In this document: piece by piece, positions 46,459 through 56,741 of the stretch
Layout: the number at the start of each line of letters is the position of its first letter
Numbering within the stretch: the stretch's first letter is position 1
Source: an uncultured Sphaerobacteraceae bacterium
GTDB taxonomy: Bacteria; Chloroflexota; Chloroflexia; Thermomicrobiales; UBA6265
Assembly (NCBI GenBank): GCA_964610045.1
Contig: CAZSUN010000006.1
Location: 528 to 64,527, forward strand
Direction of reading: 5' to 3'
Length of the DNA: 64,000 nt
Translations under genes and position numbers: made by a program
The notes under the pieces: generated by a model
Database searches by the model: none
Seen by the model: the letters and a program-made list of their open reading frames with translations, nothing else
Told to the model about the DNA's origin: nothing

Positions 46459-47211
46459 ATGAAGATCGTTCGTCACGATGCCTACATCGCGAAGCGCAAG
46501 CGTAACGCCAAGCTTATGGCCGCCATCGGCTTCCTCCTGCTGATCGGCACGCTCTTCCTGGCGCTCAATCCGTCGCTCATCCTGCCATCCTATCTCGCCA
46601 TGCTGGGCGGGTTCATTATCTTCAACCTCGGGATGCAACAGGTTGGCAAGTGGAGCCGGAATCCCCGGAACGACCAGGTGCTGGACTACCGGCTGAAGCC
46701 GCTCCCCGACAGGTACACCATCGTTCACTACGCCGATGCCGGTGGAAAACGGGTCGATCACATCCTCGTCCACCCCGGCGGTGCGGCGGTGCTCGTCGCA
46801 CGCGAGATCGACGGCACCATCGAACGGAAGAAGGGCAAGTGGCGGAAGAGGAGCGGCGGTCTGCGCCGGTTCCTGTCGTTCAGCGGCCCGCAATTGGGCG
46901 ACCCGGACATGGACGCCGCGAATGGTGTCAAGGTGGTCGAACAGTTCCTGGCCAACAACCAGCTCGAAGTCGACGTGACCGGTGCGATCGTGTTCGTCCA
47001 TCCAGGAGCCGAGCTGGACATCGAGGAACCCGAGTACCCGGTTCTCCACGCGGACGAACTGATGCAATACGCCAATCACCTCCCGGTGGACGCGAGTTTT
47101 GGTCCCAAGGAACGCGACCAACTCGTGAGTCTCCTGCGAGGTTCGGAAGTCGCTGCCGCGCCGCCCGCCTCAGGCACCCGTCGTCGACCGGTGAAGCGGC
47201 GTGCTGCCTGA
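46459..47211 (+). CDS. membrane-anchored NERD domain protein
   Basis: It has two N-terminal TM segments, then 'VDHILVHPGGAAVLVAREIDGTI', which resembles the NERD core (iDhlli.p.Gv.viE.K...G). The C-terminus is basic. Confidence 0.6.
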   Translation: MKIVRHDAYIAKRKRNAKLMAAIGFLLLIGTLFLALNPSLILPSYLAMLGGFIIFNLGMQQVGKWSRNPRNDQVLDYRLKPLPDRYTIVHYADAGGKRVDHILVHPGGAAVLVAREIDGTIERKKGKWRKRSGGLRRFLSFSGPQLGDPDMDAANGVKVVEQFLANNQLEVDVTGAIVFVHPGAELDIEEPEYPVLHADELMQYANHLPVDASFGPKERDQLVSLLRGSEVAAAPPASGTRRRPVKRRAA

Positions 47212-48250
47212 CCGCGCAGCTGCGGAGTCAACCAGCAGCTGGCAAGTGTGGGGGCAGCCCAACGCGGTGCGCGACCTCCATCAGGCAATCGCGGCCTCAC
47301 CCTCCCATGCATACATGCTGGTTGGACCCAGGAAATCCGGGCGACGGACGGCAGCGCTGGGTTTCGCGGCGGCACTATGCTGCCAGCAGCCCCGTGCCAG
47401 CGGCGACGCCTGCGGTAACTGCGGCGTTTGCCGCCGGATCGCCCGTGGCACCTTTCCCGATGTCACCGTGGTGGATCTTGCGATCCAGTCCTCACGTGAA
47501 AAGGACAAAACCCGGGGCCAGTCCTTGAACATATCGACGGTACGGGAGGTCGGCGCTGCCGTTGCCTACCGGCCAACCGAGGCTCCCTGGCGGATCTACA
47601 TCGTCGACGACGCCGAGACCATGCAGGAAACCGCACAGGAAGCCTTCCTCAAGACCCTTGAGGAACCGCCCCCCTATGCCATCATCATGCTGTTGACGAC
47701 CGACGCCGACCGGCTCCTCGACACAATCCGCAGCCGGTGTACCGAGATCCGTTTCGGCCGTTCGCCGGACGATGCCATCGAATCGGCGCTGCGGGCAAAC
47801 GGCATACTTCCCACGCTGATCGAACGGATCGTTCCCCACGCCAACGGATCGGTTGGCTGGGCGATGGATGCCGCTCGCGATCCGGGCCTCGTGGACGAGC
47901 GGGCGACCCAGCGTGAGAGCGCCGTGGGGTTGGTCGCGGCGGCGCCGTATGACCGGATGATCGCGGCCATTCACCTGGCGGATTCGTGGTCCGGCGACCG
48001 GGCGATGGTCAATGCCCGGCTCGACTCGCTCCTTTCAGTCTGGCGAGGACTGTTGCTCCATCGTTTCGGACTCGCATCCGGCATCACGCAACTCGCAGGA
48101 GTCGAGCGGCTGGACGTAGCTCAAATCACGGGCGCCATTGCGTCGGTCGATCAGTGCCGGCAAAGCCTCGAAGCCAATGTCCGGCCTCGACTCGCCCTGG
48201 AGTCGATGGTCGCAGCCTGGCCGCCTCTGTCACCCACCGCCAACATTTGA
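47201..48250 (+). CDS. holB: DNA polymerase III subunit delta'
   Basis: 'HAYMLVGPRKSGRRTAA', the zinc module 'CGNCGVCRRI', 'YIVDDAETM' and 'FLKTLEEPP...SRC'. The GTG start overlaps the previous gene by 11 nt. Confidence 0.85.
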   Translation: MLPDRAAAESTSSWQVWGQPNAVRDLHQAIAASPSHAYMLVGPRKSGRRTAALGFAAALCCQQPRASGDACGNCGVCRRIARGTFPDVTVVDLAIQSSREKDKTRGQSLNISTVREVGAAVAYRPTEAPWRIYIVDDAETMQETAQEAFLKTLEEPPPYAIIMLLTTDADRLLDTIRSRCTEIRFGRSPDDAIESALRANGILPTLIERIVPHANGSVGWAMDAARDPGLVDERATQRESAVGLVAAAPYDRMIAAIHLADSWSGDRAMVNARLDSLLSVWRGLLLHRFGLASGITQLAGVERLDVAQITGAIASVDQCRQSLEANVRPRLALESMVAAWPPLSPTANI

Positions 48251-48276
48251 GACAGCCATTCCGGCAGGAGGTTTCC

Positions 48277-48582
48277 TTGGCGCTTTATCTCGTCATCCAT
48301 ACGCCTCGCGAGGGTTCAGCAGAGGAACTTCATCCGCCAACACGACTGGCCGAACTCGCCAGGATTCACTCGGCCGAAGGCATCTCGCCACGCTGGCTGA
48401 AGGCATGGTCACCAGATCTCCACGACGACCGGATCTTTTCCCTGTGGGAAGCCGCCACCGCCGAGGAGATTCGTACGGTGATTGCAGAGTTCGGGTTCCT
48501 CGACGACCTGGATGCCCACCCCATCAACGTTCGCGAGTGGGGACCGGCAGACGTGCTGGCTGTACAGTCCGGAGAGGCGTGA
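48277..48582 (+). CDS. small DUF4242-like protein
   Basis: The TTG at 48277 follows CAGGAGG. 'LYLVIHTP...' and the ~100-aa size resemble DUF4242. The rest of the 198-aa track ORF overlaps holB and is unlikely. Confidence 0.45.
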   Translation: MALYLVIHTPREGSAEELHPPTRLAELARIHSAEGISPRWLKAWSPDLHDDRIFSLWEAATAEEIRTVIAEFGFLDDLDAHPINVREWGPADVLAVQSGEA

Positions 48583-48679
48583 CGCGCCGGAGCATCGCGG
48601 ATCGCCCGAACGTATGCGATGCTGGATACAGGAAACCCGGAACCGCCGGGCTCGGACGTTGATCGAGGAGGACTCCCAC

Positions 48680-50953
48680 ATGGCCACAACGTACCAGGCG
48701 GTCGGACAACGAACTCGCAGGATCGACTCACCACCGAAGCTCACTGGAGCCGAGCAGTTCACAGCCGATCTGCAGATTCCAGGATTGCTGCGTGCCCGCA
48801 TCGTTGGCAGCGACTACGCTCACGCCCGGATCCTCTCCGTCGATGCGTCGGCTGCTCTCGAGGTCCCGGGCGTCGTTGCCGTCCTCACCGCCGACGACCT
48901 GCCGGTCCGCATCGGTGATGATGGCAAACCGGTTGCGCAACTGCTCGCTGGCTCCGAAGCCCTTCACGTCGGCGCGCCCATCGCGCTGGTGCTCGCGGAA
49001 ACCGATGCCGCCGCCGCCGATGCCGCCGAACTTGTCGCCGTCGAGTACGAAGCACTTCCGGTCGTATCCGACCTGCGGGATGCAATTCGCCCGGATGCAC
49101 CGCATGTGAGCGAGGGCCGATCCGGCGCGATGGACGAAGAAGCGGCAATGCACAACGCCGATGCCGCCGCCGGTGGAGGCGATACGGAATCGCTCCCGCC
49201 CAACGTCTCGAACTCGATCAACTTCGAGCGGGGTGATGTCACCGAAGGCTTCGCGGCGGCCGACGAGATCGTCGAACTCGATTTCACCTCGCTGACGGTG
49301 CATCAGGGATATATCGAGCCGCAGGTTGCCCTGGCAATTCCGAGCCGATCCGGCAAGCTCACGGTCCACTCCAGTACCCAGGGAGCGTTCCACGGCCGGG
49401 GCAAGGTGTCGAACACGCTTGGCCTCTCTCCGGAGCAGGTGAACATCGTCCAGATGCCGGTAGGCGGCGGCTTTGGCGGGAAGTTCGTCCTTATCGAGCC
49501 TCTCGTCGCAGCAGCAGCACTGGCGGTCAACCGTCCCGTCCTGTTGCAGTACACCCGGAGCGACGATTTCCTCGCCGGGAATCCGGCGCCGGAATGCCAG
49601 ATTCACGTCAAGCTCGGCGCGACCCGCGATGGCAGGCTCACCGCCCTGGAAGCGCACCTGTTGTTCGATTCCGGCTCCGCCTCCGGCTCGCCGCTCGGGA
49701 TCGGCGCTATCCTTCTCGGTGGCAATTACAAGCTGCCCCACCTCAGGCTCACCGGGTTCGAGACCCAGACGCACAAGCCAAGTGCGGGCGCATACCGGGC
49801 GCCGGGAGCTCAGCAAGCAGCCTTCGCCATCGAATCTGCCATTGACGAACTCGCCCGGAAGCTGGAACTCGACCCGGTCGAGTTCCGGCTGAACAACTGT
49901 GCTGAAGAGGGTGATCTGCGGCCAACCGGCAGCCCCTGGCCGAGGATCGGAGGGCGCGAGGTGATCGAGGCCCTGCAGCAACACCCAAGGTGGCGGAACA
50001 GGGCGGAAGCGCGCGCACGCGGCAAGGGTGTCGGCGTCGCCCTCGGCAGTTGGCCGGGTGGTGTTGAGCCGGCGACAGCAGCTTGCCGCCTCGATTCCGA
50101 CGGCAAGCTCACAGTCATGCTTGGGTCGGTCGATCTCAACGGTACCAACACCACTTTTGCCCAGATCGCCGCCGAGGAACTCGGCTCGTCGCTGGATGAC
50201 GTACGGATCTCGACTGGTGACACGGACTCTGCCCCCTTCGCCGGTGGTACCGGTGGCTCGAAGATCACGTATACGGTCGGACCGGCAGTCCGGAACGCCG
50301 TCAGCGACGCGGTTGAGCAAATCAAGAACATTGCCGCAAAGAAACTGGAGGCATCGGCCGACGACCTGGAAATGCACGAGGGAACCGTCAGGGTCAAGGG
50401 CGTGCCGGGTTCGTCGATCACCCTCAAGGAGATCGCGGAACTCAGCATGTCGATGACAACCGGCAACCAGCCGGTCTATGGGCGCGGTGGTTCGGGAATC
50501 ACCCAGAGTGCGCCGGCCTTCGCCGCGCACCTGGCCGAGGTCGAAGTCGACGAACTGACGGGTGAAGTCCACGTTACCGGCTATCTCGCCGTCCAGGATG
50601 TCGGATTCGCCCTCAACCCGGCATTGGTCGAGGGGCAGATTCACGGAGGCGTGGGTCAAGGCATCGGCTGGGCGCTGTACGAGGGCATCGGGTACGACGC
50701 CGACGGACAGCCGGACGCGTCGAGCCTGCTGGACTACGCGCTGCCGCGCAGCACGATGATCCCCAACATCGATGTCGTCCTGGTCGAGGTCGCGTCTGAA
50801 CTCGGGCCGTACGGCGCGAAGGGTGTCGGCGAACCACCGGCGATCCCCGGCGCAGCCGCGGTGGCCAACGCGGTCAGGGATGCGGTTGGCGCGCGGATGG
50901 TGAACCTGCCGATTCGTGCCCACGCGGTACTCGACGCGATAGCGGAAGCGTAG
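48680..50953 (+). CDS. xanthine dehydrogenase/aldehyde oxidase family molybdopterin-binding subunit
   Basis: 'RRIDSPPKLTGAEQFTADL', 'GGGFGGK', 'YRAPGAQQAAFAIES' and 'GVGEPPAIPGAAAVANAV'. The ATG at 48680 follows GAGGAGG. Confidence 0.85.
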   Translation: MATTYQAVGQRTRRIDSPPKLTGAEQFTADLQIPGLLRARIVGSDYAHARILSVDASAALEVPGVVAVLTADDLPVRIGDDGKPVAQLLAGSEALHVGAPIALVLAETDAAAADAAELVAVEYEALPVVSDLRDAIRPDAPHVSEGRSGAMDEEAAMHNADAAAGGGDTESLPPNVSNSINFERGDVTEGFAAADEIVELDFTSLTVHQGYIEPQVALAIPSRSGKLTVHSSTQGAFHGRGKVSNTLGLSPEQVNIVQMPVGGGFGGKFVLIEPLVAAAALAVNRPVLLQYTRSDDFLAGNPAPECQIHVKLGATRDGRLTALEAHLLFDSGSASGSPLGIGAILLGGNYKLPHLRLTGFETQTHKPSAGAYRAPGAQQAAFAIESAIDELARKLELDPVEFRLNNCAEEGDLRPTGSPWPRIGGREVIEALQQHPRWRNRAEARARGKGVGVALGSWPGGVEPATAACRLDSDGKLTVMLGSVDLNGTNTTFAQIAAEELGSSLDDVRISTGDTDSAPFAGGTGGSKITYTVGPAVRNAVSDAVEQIKNIAAKKLEASADDLEMHEGTVRVKGVPGSSITLKEIAELSMSMTTGNQPVYGRGGSGITQSAPAFAAHLAEVEVDELTGEVHVTGYLAVQDVGFALNPALVEGQIHGGVGQGIGWALYEGIGYDADGQPDASSLLDYALPRSTMIPNIDVVLVEVASELGPYGAKGVGEPPAIPGAAAVANAVRDAVGARMVNLPIRAHAVLDAIAEA

Positions 50954-50961
50954 GCGAGTTC

Positions 50962-50986
50962 GGCTGCCATCATCCGGGTGGCAGCC
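50962..50986 (+). terminator. stem-loop after the molybdopterin subunit gene
   Basis: GGCTGCCA-N9-TGGCAGCC lies 9 nt after the stop. There is no T-tract. Confidence 0.35.
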
Positions 50987-51009
50987 CACTCCCGTTCGGA
51001 TACTCACGG

Positions 51010-52767
51010 ATGCTCCTGGAGCTTTCGATCTCGGATTTCGCGATCATCGATCGTACGACCCTCCGTTTTTCGGAGGGTCTGAACGTCTTGACCGGCGAAA
51101 CGGGTTCTGGCAAATCCATCCTGCTCGATGCACTCGGCGCGGTGCTTGGGGCCAGGGTGAGTTCCGATCTGGTCCGAACGGGACGCCCGTCGGCGTCCAT
51201 CGAAGCGGCTTTCTCGCTGGAAGACGATGAAATCGCGCGCGTTCAGGACATTTGCGACGAAGCCGGGATCGCAGATTTCGACCAGGGCACGCTGATCCTG
51301 ACGCGGGACATTCTCGCCAGCGGCCGATCGACGGCGCGAGTCAACGGGAGACTGACGACTGCGGGAACGCTCACCCAGCTTGGTTCACTTTTGGTCGACA
51401 TTCACGGCCAGTCCGACCATCTGGCCATCCTTCGACCTGCCGAACAACTCAACCTGCTCGATCGGTATGCGGCCACCGTCGAGTTGCGCGCGGAGTTTGC
51501 CAGGACAGCACGAACCTGGCGGGACATTCGCCGGCAACGGACAGACCTGGCGACCAGCGAGCGTGAACGCTCGCAACGAGTGGATTTGCTGAGATTCCAG
51601 GTCGACGAAATCGAGGCAACGGCGCTGACGGAGGAGGAAGACGAGGCCCTGGTGCGGGAGCGAGAGATCCTTCGCAATGCCGATCGGCTGCGAACTGATG
51701 CCCAGGAAATCCATTCGTTGCTCGCAGGCCAGGATGTTGACGACACTGGCGTGGTGTCCGCTCTCCGTCGCGTAACGAACCTGATGGCCGACATGGCTGG
51801 CTTCGACAAGGGAATGGCGGCAGCACTCGAACGCGCGAATGAATTGCTGGTGTTGGCCGACGATCTGGCGCATGAAGCGCGAGACTACGCGGAATCGACC
51901 GAATCGGACGAACTCCGGCTCCAGGAGGTCGATGACCGGATCGACGCCATCAATAGCCTCAAGCGGAAATACGGCGCCACCATTGGCGCGATCCAGGCAT
52001 ATGGCAGGGAGGCGATGGCGGAACTTTCCCGGCTCACATCTGGCGCCTTCGACGATGCAGTGCTGGAGGAAGATGAGGAGCGCCACGCTCGCACCCTGGC
52101 CAGCGTGGGCTCCGATCTCTCAACCAGGCGCTCGGGGGCGGCAGTAGACCTGTCGCGCCGCATTGAGGAAGCCATCGCGCACCTGAACATGGGTCGGACC
52201 CAGGTCGAGATATCGGTGAACCAGCGTGGCGATCCGTCCGGCATCCCATTCGGTCGGGATCGCGAAACCGTGAAGGTTGAGGAGACAGGACTCGATCAGG
52301 TCGAGTTCCTGATCGCCCCCAATGCCGGCGAGTCGTTGAAGCCTCTCGCGCGCGTCGCATCCGGGGGCGAAACCGCTAGGCTCATGCTCGCCATCAAGTC
52401 GATTCTCTCCCAGGTTGACCTGACGCCAACACTGGTGTTCGACGAGATCGACGTGGGCGTCGGCGGACGATCGGGACAGGTCGTGGGTGAGAAGCTGCGG
52501 TCGATCGCCGAATCGCACCAGGTCATCGTGGTGACCCATCTGCCGCAGATTGCCGCGTTTGCCGAGACCCATCTCCGGATCGAAAAGGAAGACTTCGAGG
52601 GTCGTACCGTATCAACCGTCCGCGGTCTCGACATGGAGGAGCGGATTACGGAACTGGCTGCCATGCTCGACGGCACTCCAGTCTCCGACGCGTCGATCAG
52701 GAATGCCAGCGAGATGCTGGAACGATCTCGACGCAGCTGGGAAAGGGCGGCGCGGTCCGGCGCGTGA
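51010..52767 (+). CDS. recN: DNA repair protein RecN
   Basis: 'MLLELSISDFAIIDRTTLRF..GLNVLTGETGSGKSILLDAL', long coiled coils, and C-terminal 'SGGETARLMLA' and 'LVFDEIDVGVGG'. Confidence 0.95.
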   Translation: MLLELSISDFAIIDRTTLRFSEGLNVLTGETGSGKSILLDALGAVLGARVSSDLVRTGRPSASIEAAFSLEDDEIARVQDICDEAGIADFDQGTLILTRDILASGRSTARVNGRLTTAGTLTQLGSLLVDIHGQSDHLAILRPAEQLNLLDRYAATVELRAEFARTARTWRDIRRQRTDLATSERERSQRVDLLRFQVDEIEATALTEEEDEALVREREILRNADRLRTDAQEIHSLLAGQDVDDTGVVSALRRVTNLMADMAGFDKGMAAALERANELLVLADDLAHEARDYAESTESDELRLQEVDDRIDAINSLKRKYGATIGAIQAYGREAMAELSRLTSGAFDDAVLEEDEERHARTLASVGSDLSTRRSGAAVDLSRRIEEAIAHLNMGRTQVEISVNQRGDPSGIPFGRDRETVKVEETGLDQVEFLIAPNAGESLKPLARVASGGETARLMLAIKSILSQVDLTPTLVFDEIDVGVGGRSGQVVGEKLRSIAESHQVIVVTHLPQIAAFAETHLRIEKEDFEGRTVSTVRGLDMEERITELAAMLDGTPVSDASIRNASEMLERSRRSWERAARSGA

Positions 52768-52845
52768 ACCGGACCGGACCGATCGACGGGCTATACTTCG
52801 GGGCGACGACAGCGTGGGCCTAACCGCGAGGAGAGCGGAGTACAA

Positions 52846-53151
52846 ATGCAGCAGCCAAGTATGAAGATGATGAATCAGCTCCAGAATCGCATGATGAAGA
52901 TCCAGCAGGAACTGGATGACACCATCGTCGAAGGAACGTCCGGTGGTGGCGTGGTGAAGGCCGAAGTCACCGGTCAGCGAGCGTTCAAGTCGATTAAGAT
53001 CGACCCCTCGGCCGTGGACCCTGACGATGTGGAAATGCTGGAAGACCTGATCGTGGCCGCCGTGCAGGACGCGATGGAGAAAGCCCAGGCGCTGGCTGAG
53101 GACCGGATGAGTGCCCTCACCGGTGGTATCAAGATTCCGGGTCTGACCTAG
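52846..53151 (+). CDS. ybaB: YbaB/EbfC family nucleoid-associated protein
   Basis: 'MMKIQQELD...GTSGGGVVKAEVTGQRAFKSIKIDPSAVDPDDVEMLEDLIVAAVQDA'. Confidence 0.9.
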   Translation: MQQPSMKMMNQLQNRMMKIQQELDDTIVEGTSGGGVVKAEVTGQRAFKSIKIDPSAVDPDDVEMLEDLIVAAVQDAMEKAQALAEDRMSALTGGIKIPGLT

Positions 53152-53226
53152 GAGCCATGACCTGGCAGGCGCCCTGCGGTCGAGTGTCGACGGGCAACGC
53201 ATCGGTGGTTGAGGTGAGGTGCCGGA

Positions 53227-53469
53227 TTGGTGCTCAAGGAACCGGTCCCGTTCCATATCGATGATGTCGTCCAGCTGCGAAAGCCGCACCCGTGTGGTTC
53301 GGTGTTGTGGGATGTCGTCCGGGTCGGGGGGGATATCGGGTTGAAGTGCCAGGGCTGCGGTCGCCGGGTCCTGTTGCCCCGGCGTACCCTCGAGCGCCGC
53401 CTGAAGCGTTTCGTTTCCCGCGGCCCCAACGCTTGCGTTGCCGACGAGCCGGCGGCAACGCAAGCGTGA
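53227..53469 (+). CDS. DUF951 domain protein
   Basis: '[35 protein letters not shown]' is DUF951-like. The start is TTG 53227 or GTG 53230, with GAGGTGAGG upstream. Confidence 0.7.
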   Translation: MVLKEPVPFHIDDVVQLRKPHPCGSVLWDVVRVGGDIGLKCQGCGRRVLLPRRTLERRLKRFVSRGPNACVADEPAATQA

Positions 53470-53501
53470 GCGCAACAGTTGCGCGAGCGCCTGAAGATTC
53501 C

Positions 53502-54878
53502 ATGGGCGCGGTTCTGCGGAACAGCGCGTTCCTGCGATTGTGGTTGGTCCAGGCCGTCACCCAAATTTGCCAGAACATGATCAACTTCGCCCTCCTGCTG
53601 CGCGTGCGGCAGGTGGTCGAGATTCATGATCTGCCACAGGCCAACACGGCGATCAGCCTCGTCATCCTGGCGTTTTCGCTGCCGGCGGTGATCTTCGGGC
53701 CACTTGCCGGGGTCATTGCCGACCGCAGCAACAAGCGCGTCCTGATGGCGCTTCTCAATATCGCGAGAGCCGGATCGGTCACGCTGTTCCTGGTGATCCA
53801 ACCCGACTGGCAGGTGGAGACGATCCTCGCTGCGTATTACGTGGTGACGTTCATCTTTGGGATCGCCGGACAGTTCTTCGCGCCTACCCTTGGCGCGACC
53901 ATTCCCATCCTCGTGCCTCGCTCGCAGTTGATGTCGGCCAATGCGCTCTTCAACCTCACCTCGACCGCAGCCCAGCTCATTGGGTTTGCGGCGGTAGGCC
54001 CCCTGCTGGTCAAGGCAGTCGGGATCGACTCCCTGTTTGTCGGAACGATCGTGGTCTACCTCGTCTGCGCCGCAGTGGTCATGACCCTGCCGGAAACGCC
54101 AGTCGCGGCAGTGGCGGCGCGGGTACCAGGTGTTTCACCAACCCGCCGACTCTGGGAAGACATGAAGGAGGGGTTGGTCTACATCCTCCAGGATCCGGTG
54201 CTGATGCGGGCGATCGGCTATCTCACGCTGGCCTCGACCACCTTCCTGTTGGTGGCGACGCTCGGTCCCGACTTCGTTACCTCGGTCGTGGGGCTCGACA
54301 AGGAGGACATCGGCTACATTGTGGCGCCGGCCGGTGCCGGCATCCTGGTCGGCGTCCTCATCGTTCCGCGGGTGGTTCGCAAGATCGGCCGCGATTGGCT
54401 GATCGACCTTTCATTGGCATTCGCCGGCCTGATGATGGTGCTGATGGCGCTGACGAGAACCATCCTGGACCTGATGACGCCGGCAGGCAACGCCAACGTC
54501 TGGCTCGTCACCGCTCTGACCGGGACGTTTGCCTTCTTCCTTGGGCTCTGCAACGCGTTCATACTCGTTCCGTCGCAGACCATGCTGCAGGAACGATCGA
54601 ACGAGTTCGTGCGCGCACGCGTCTATGCGACGTTTTTCACCATCTCGAACACCGTGGCCTTCATTCCGATCTTTTTCGCCGCCGCCGCCGCCGATCTCTT
54701 TGGGGTTGTGCGGGTTCTCCTGGTGGTCGCGGCGATGGTGGCGGGGCTCGGCGTCGCTGGCCTGATCCACCGCCGCTCGTCGGTGCTCGCTCGGTGGGAA
54801 CGGGTGCAGGTCAGGCGACGCGACGGACCGGAATGCCTGCCACCGTTGCACTCGAACTCACGCACGTCCTCCCAATAG
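53502..54878 (+). CDS. MFS transporter
   Basis: The protein has 12 predicted TM segments. 'LRNSAFLRLWLVQAVTQ' and 'PLAGVIADRSNKR' are of the enterobactin-exporter-like MFS_3 type. The ATG at 53502 was chosen. Confidence 0.8.
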   Translation: MGAVLRNSAFLRLWLVQAVTQICQNMINFALLLRVRQVVEIHDLPQANTAISLVILAFSLPAVIFGPLAGVIADRSNKRVLMALLNIARAGSVTLFLVIQPDWQVETILAAYYVVTFIFGIAGQFFAPTLGATIPILVPRSQLMSANALFNLTSTAAQLIGFAAVGPLLVKAVGIDSLFVGTIVVYLVCAAVVMTLPETPVAAVAARVPGVSPTRRLWEDMKEGLVYILQDPVLMRAIGYLTLASTTFLLVATLGPDFVTSVVGLDKEDIGYIVAPAGAGILVGVLIVPRVVRKIGRDWLIDLSLAFAGLMMVLMALTRTILDLMTPAGNANVWLVTALTGTFAFFLGLCNAFILVPSQTMLQERSNEFVRARVYATFFTISNTVAFIPIFFAAAAADLFGVVRVLLVVAAMVAGLGVAGLIHRRSSVLARWERVQVRRRDGPECLPPLHSNSRTSSQ

Positions 54879-55772
54879 CTGGCTGAGGAGCGCCATCCGG
54901 ATGAACACCCCGTTTCGTGCCTGCCGGAAGTAGGCAGCCCGTGGATCGCTGTCAACCTCTGAGGCGATTTCGTCGACGCGCGGAAGCGGGTGCATCACGA
55001 TCGACGACGACCCAAGATGGGACATCACCCCCTCGTTGATGACATAGATGCCTTGCGCCGCTTGGTACTCGTCCGGGGTCGCGAAACGTTCGCGCTGGAT
55101 GCGCGTCTGGTACACGACATCCGCCACCGCGACGGCTCGCTCCAGGCTCGGCTCATCACGGAAACGAACGCCTGACTCGCGGAGAGCATCCCGCACATCG
55201 TCGCCCATCGGCACCGCATCCGGTGAGACGAAGAGCAGTTCGACGCCACGCGTCTGGCGAAACAGCAGGGCGAGTGAGCGAGCCGCCCGCCCAAACCGCA
55301 AGTCCCCAACCAATGCCACCGTGAGATCGTCGATCGTGCCCAGCTCATCCCGGATGGTGTAGAAGTCGAGCAGGGCCTGGGTTGGATGTTCTCCAGGGCC
55401 GTCGCCACCGTTGATGATTGGCACTGGGGAGACGTTGGCCGCCCGGGCGGCGGCGCCCTGCTCGTGGTGCCGGATGACGATACCGTCGGCATAGCCCGCC
55501 ACGATGCGCACGGTGTCTTCCACAGTCTCGCCCTTTATCGCCGACGAGAACTCGCGCGCATTTTCGGTCGACACGATCTGACCGCCAAGCCGGAGCATGG
55601 CCGACTCGAAACTCAGGCGAGTACGCGTGGAGGGCTCGTAAAACAGCGTTGCCAGGATCTTGTCGCGGAGAATCCCTTCGCTGGCACGAACCGACTTCAT
55701 GCGGTCGGCCAGGTCGAACAACTCCGTGATCCAGTCACGTTCGAATTGCCTCACCGCCACGATATGCTGCAT
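54858..55772 (-). CDS. pyrB: aspartate carbamoyltransferase catalytic subunit
   Basis: 'FYEPSTRTRLSFE', 'HPTQALLD' and 'MHPLPR'. Confidence 0.9.
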   Translation of the reverse strand: MQHIVAVRQFERDWITELFDLADRMKSVRASEGILRDKILATLFYEPSTRTRLSFESAMLRLGGQIVSTENAREFSSAIKGETVEDTVRIVAGYADGIVIRHHEQGAAARAANVSPVPIINGGDGPGEHPTQALLDFYTIRDELGTIDDLTVALVGDLRFGRAARSLALLFRQTRGVELLFVSPDAVPMGDDVRDALRESGVRFRDEPSLERAVAVADVVYQTRIQRERFATPDEYQAAQGIYVINEGVMSHLGSSSIVMHPLPRVDEIASEVDSDPRAAYFRQARNGVFIRMALLSQLLGGRA

Positions 55773-55850
55773 CTGCTGGACCCTTCTGTCAGGCGAACGT
55801 ACACTCTGCTCGAAGTATATGGCCAGATCAACGGGAGAGAGATAACCCGC

Positions 55851-56741
55851 ATGTATGTGTCACTTGGCGATCGTGCCGGGTATGTTCCCGGCGGCACCAA
55901 CATCGGCGTGATCCGGCATGACGACCGGCAGGTAACGTTGATCGACACCGGGCTCAACGACACGACAGCCCGCAAGGTCCTGCGCGCCGTGCGCGATGAG
56001 CTGAATGCCGAGGTCGTCGCCGTCATCAATACGCACGGGCATGCCGACCACTTCGGCGCCAACGCCTTCGTCCACAAGCGCACAGGGTGTGTGTTCCTGG
56101 CTCCAGCCATCGAGGCGACAGTGATCGGCAATCCGATCCTGCAACCAGCCTTGCTGTATGGAGGCGCCGATCCGGCAGACGCGCTGCGAAACCGGTTCCT
56201 GCTGGCGGAAGCTGGACCTACGCCCAACGTGCTTGAACCGGGGCGTCAGGCGTGGTTCGGGATCGAGATGGACGTCATTCCGTTGGGCGGGCACTCACCC
56301 AACCAGGTCGGGATCATGGTCGACGGCGCGTTCTTCTGCGCCGATGTCGTGTTTCCTTCTGCCGCGATCGAGAAGTACCGGATCCCCTACCTGTACGGTC
56401 TCACGGCTCACCTTGAATCTCTCGATTGCGCGGCCCGGACGGAAGCGCGCCATGTGATCCCGGGTCACGGTCCGTTGCTGGAAGACATCGCCGAATCGGT
56501 CGCATTGAACCGTACCGCGATCGACGTCGCCATTGCCGCAATCCTGGAGGTATTGGGCGAACCCCTCACATCCGACGATGTCTGCGCGCGCGTCTTCAGG
56601 TTGCTTGACGTCCCGGTCACCGATGCCCAGAGCTACTACCTGCTGCGACCGACCATCAGCGCCTACCTCGCACATCTGGAGCGGGAAAACCTGGTGGCAA
56701 TCGACGTGATCGACCACGAGGTACGCTGGCTACGCACCTGA
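55851..56741 (+). CDS. MBL-fold metallo-hydrolase
   Basis: 'VINTHGHADHFGAN' (HxHxDH) and downstream 'GHSPNQ' and 'PGHG'. The ATG at 55851 was chosen; the upstream part of the track ORF is antisense to pyrB. Confidence 0.8.
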   Translation: MYVSLGDRAGYVPGGTNIGVIRHDDRQVTLIDTGLNDTTARKVLRAVRDELNAEVVAVINTHGHADHFGANAFVHKRTGCVFLAPAIEATVIGNPILQPALLYGGADPADALRNRFLLAEAGPTPNVLEPGRQAWFGIEMDVIPLGGHSPNQVGIMVDGAFFCADVVFPSAAIEKYRIPYLYGLTAHLESLDCAARTEARHVIPGHGPLLEDIAESVALNRTAIDVAIAAILEVLGEPLTSDDVCARVFRLLDVPVTDAQSYYLLRPTISAYLAHLERENLVAIDVIDHEVRWLRT

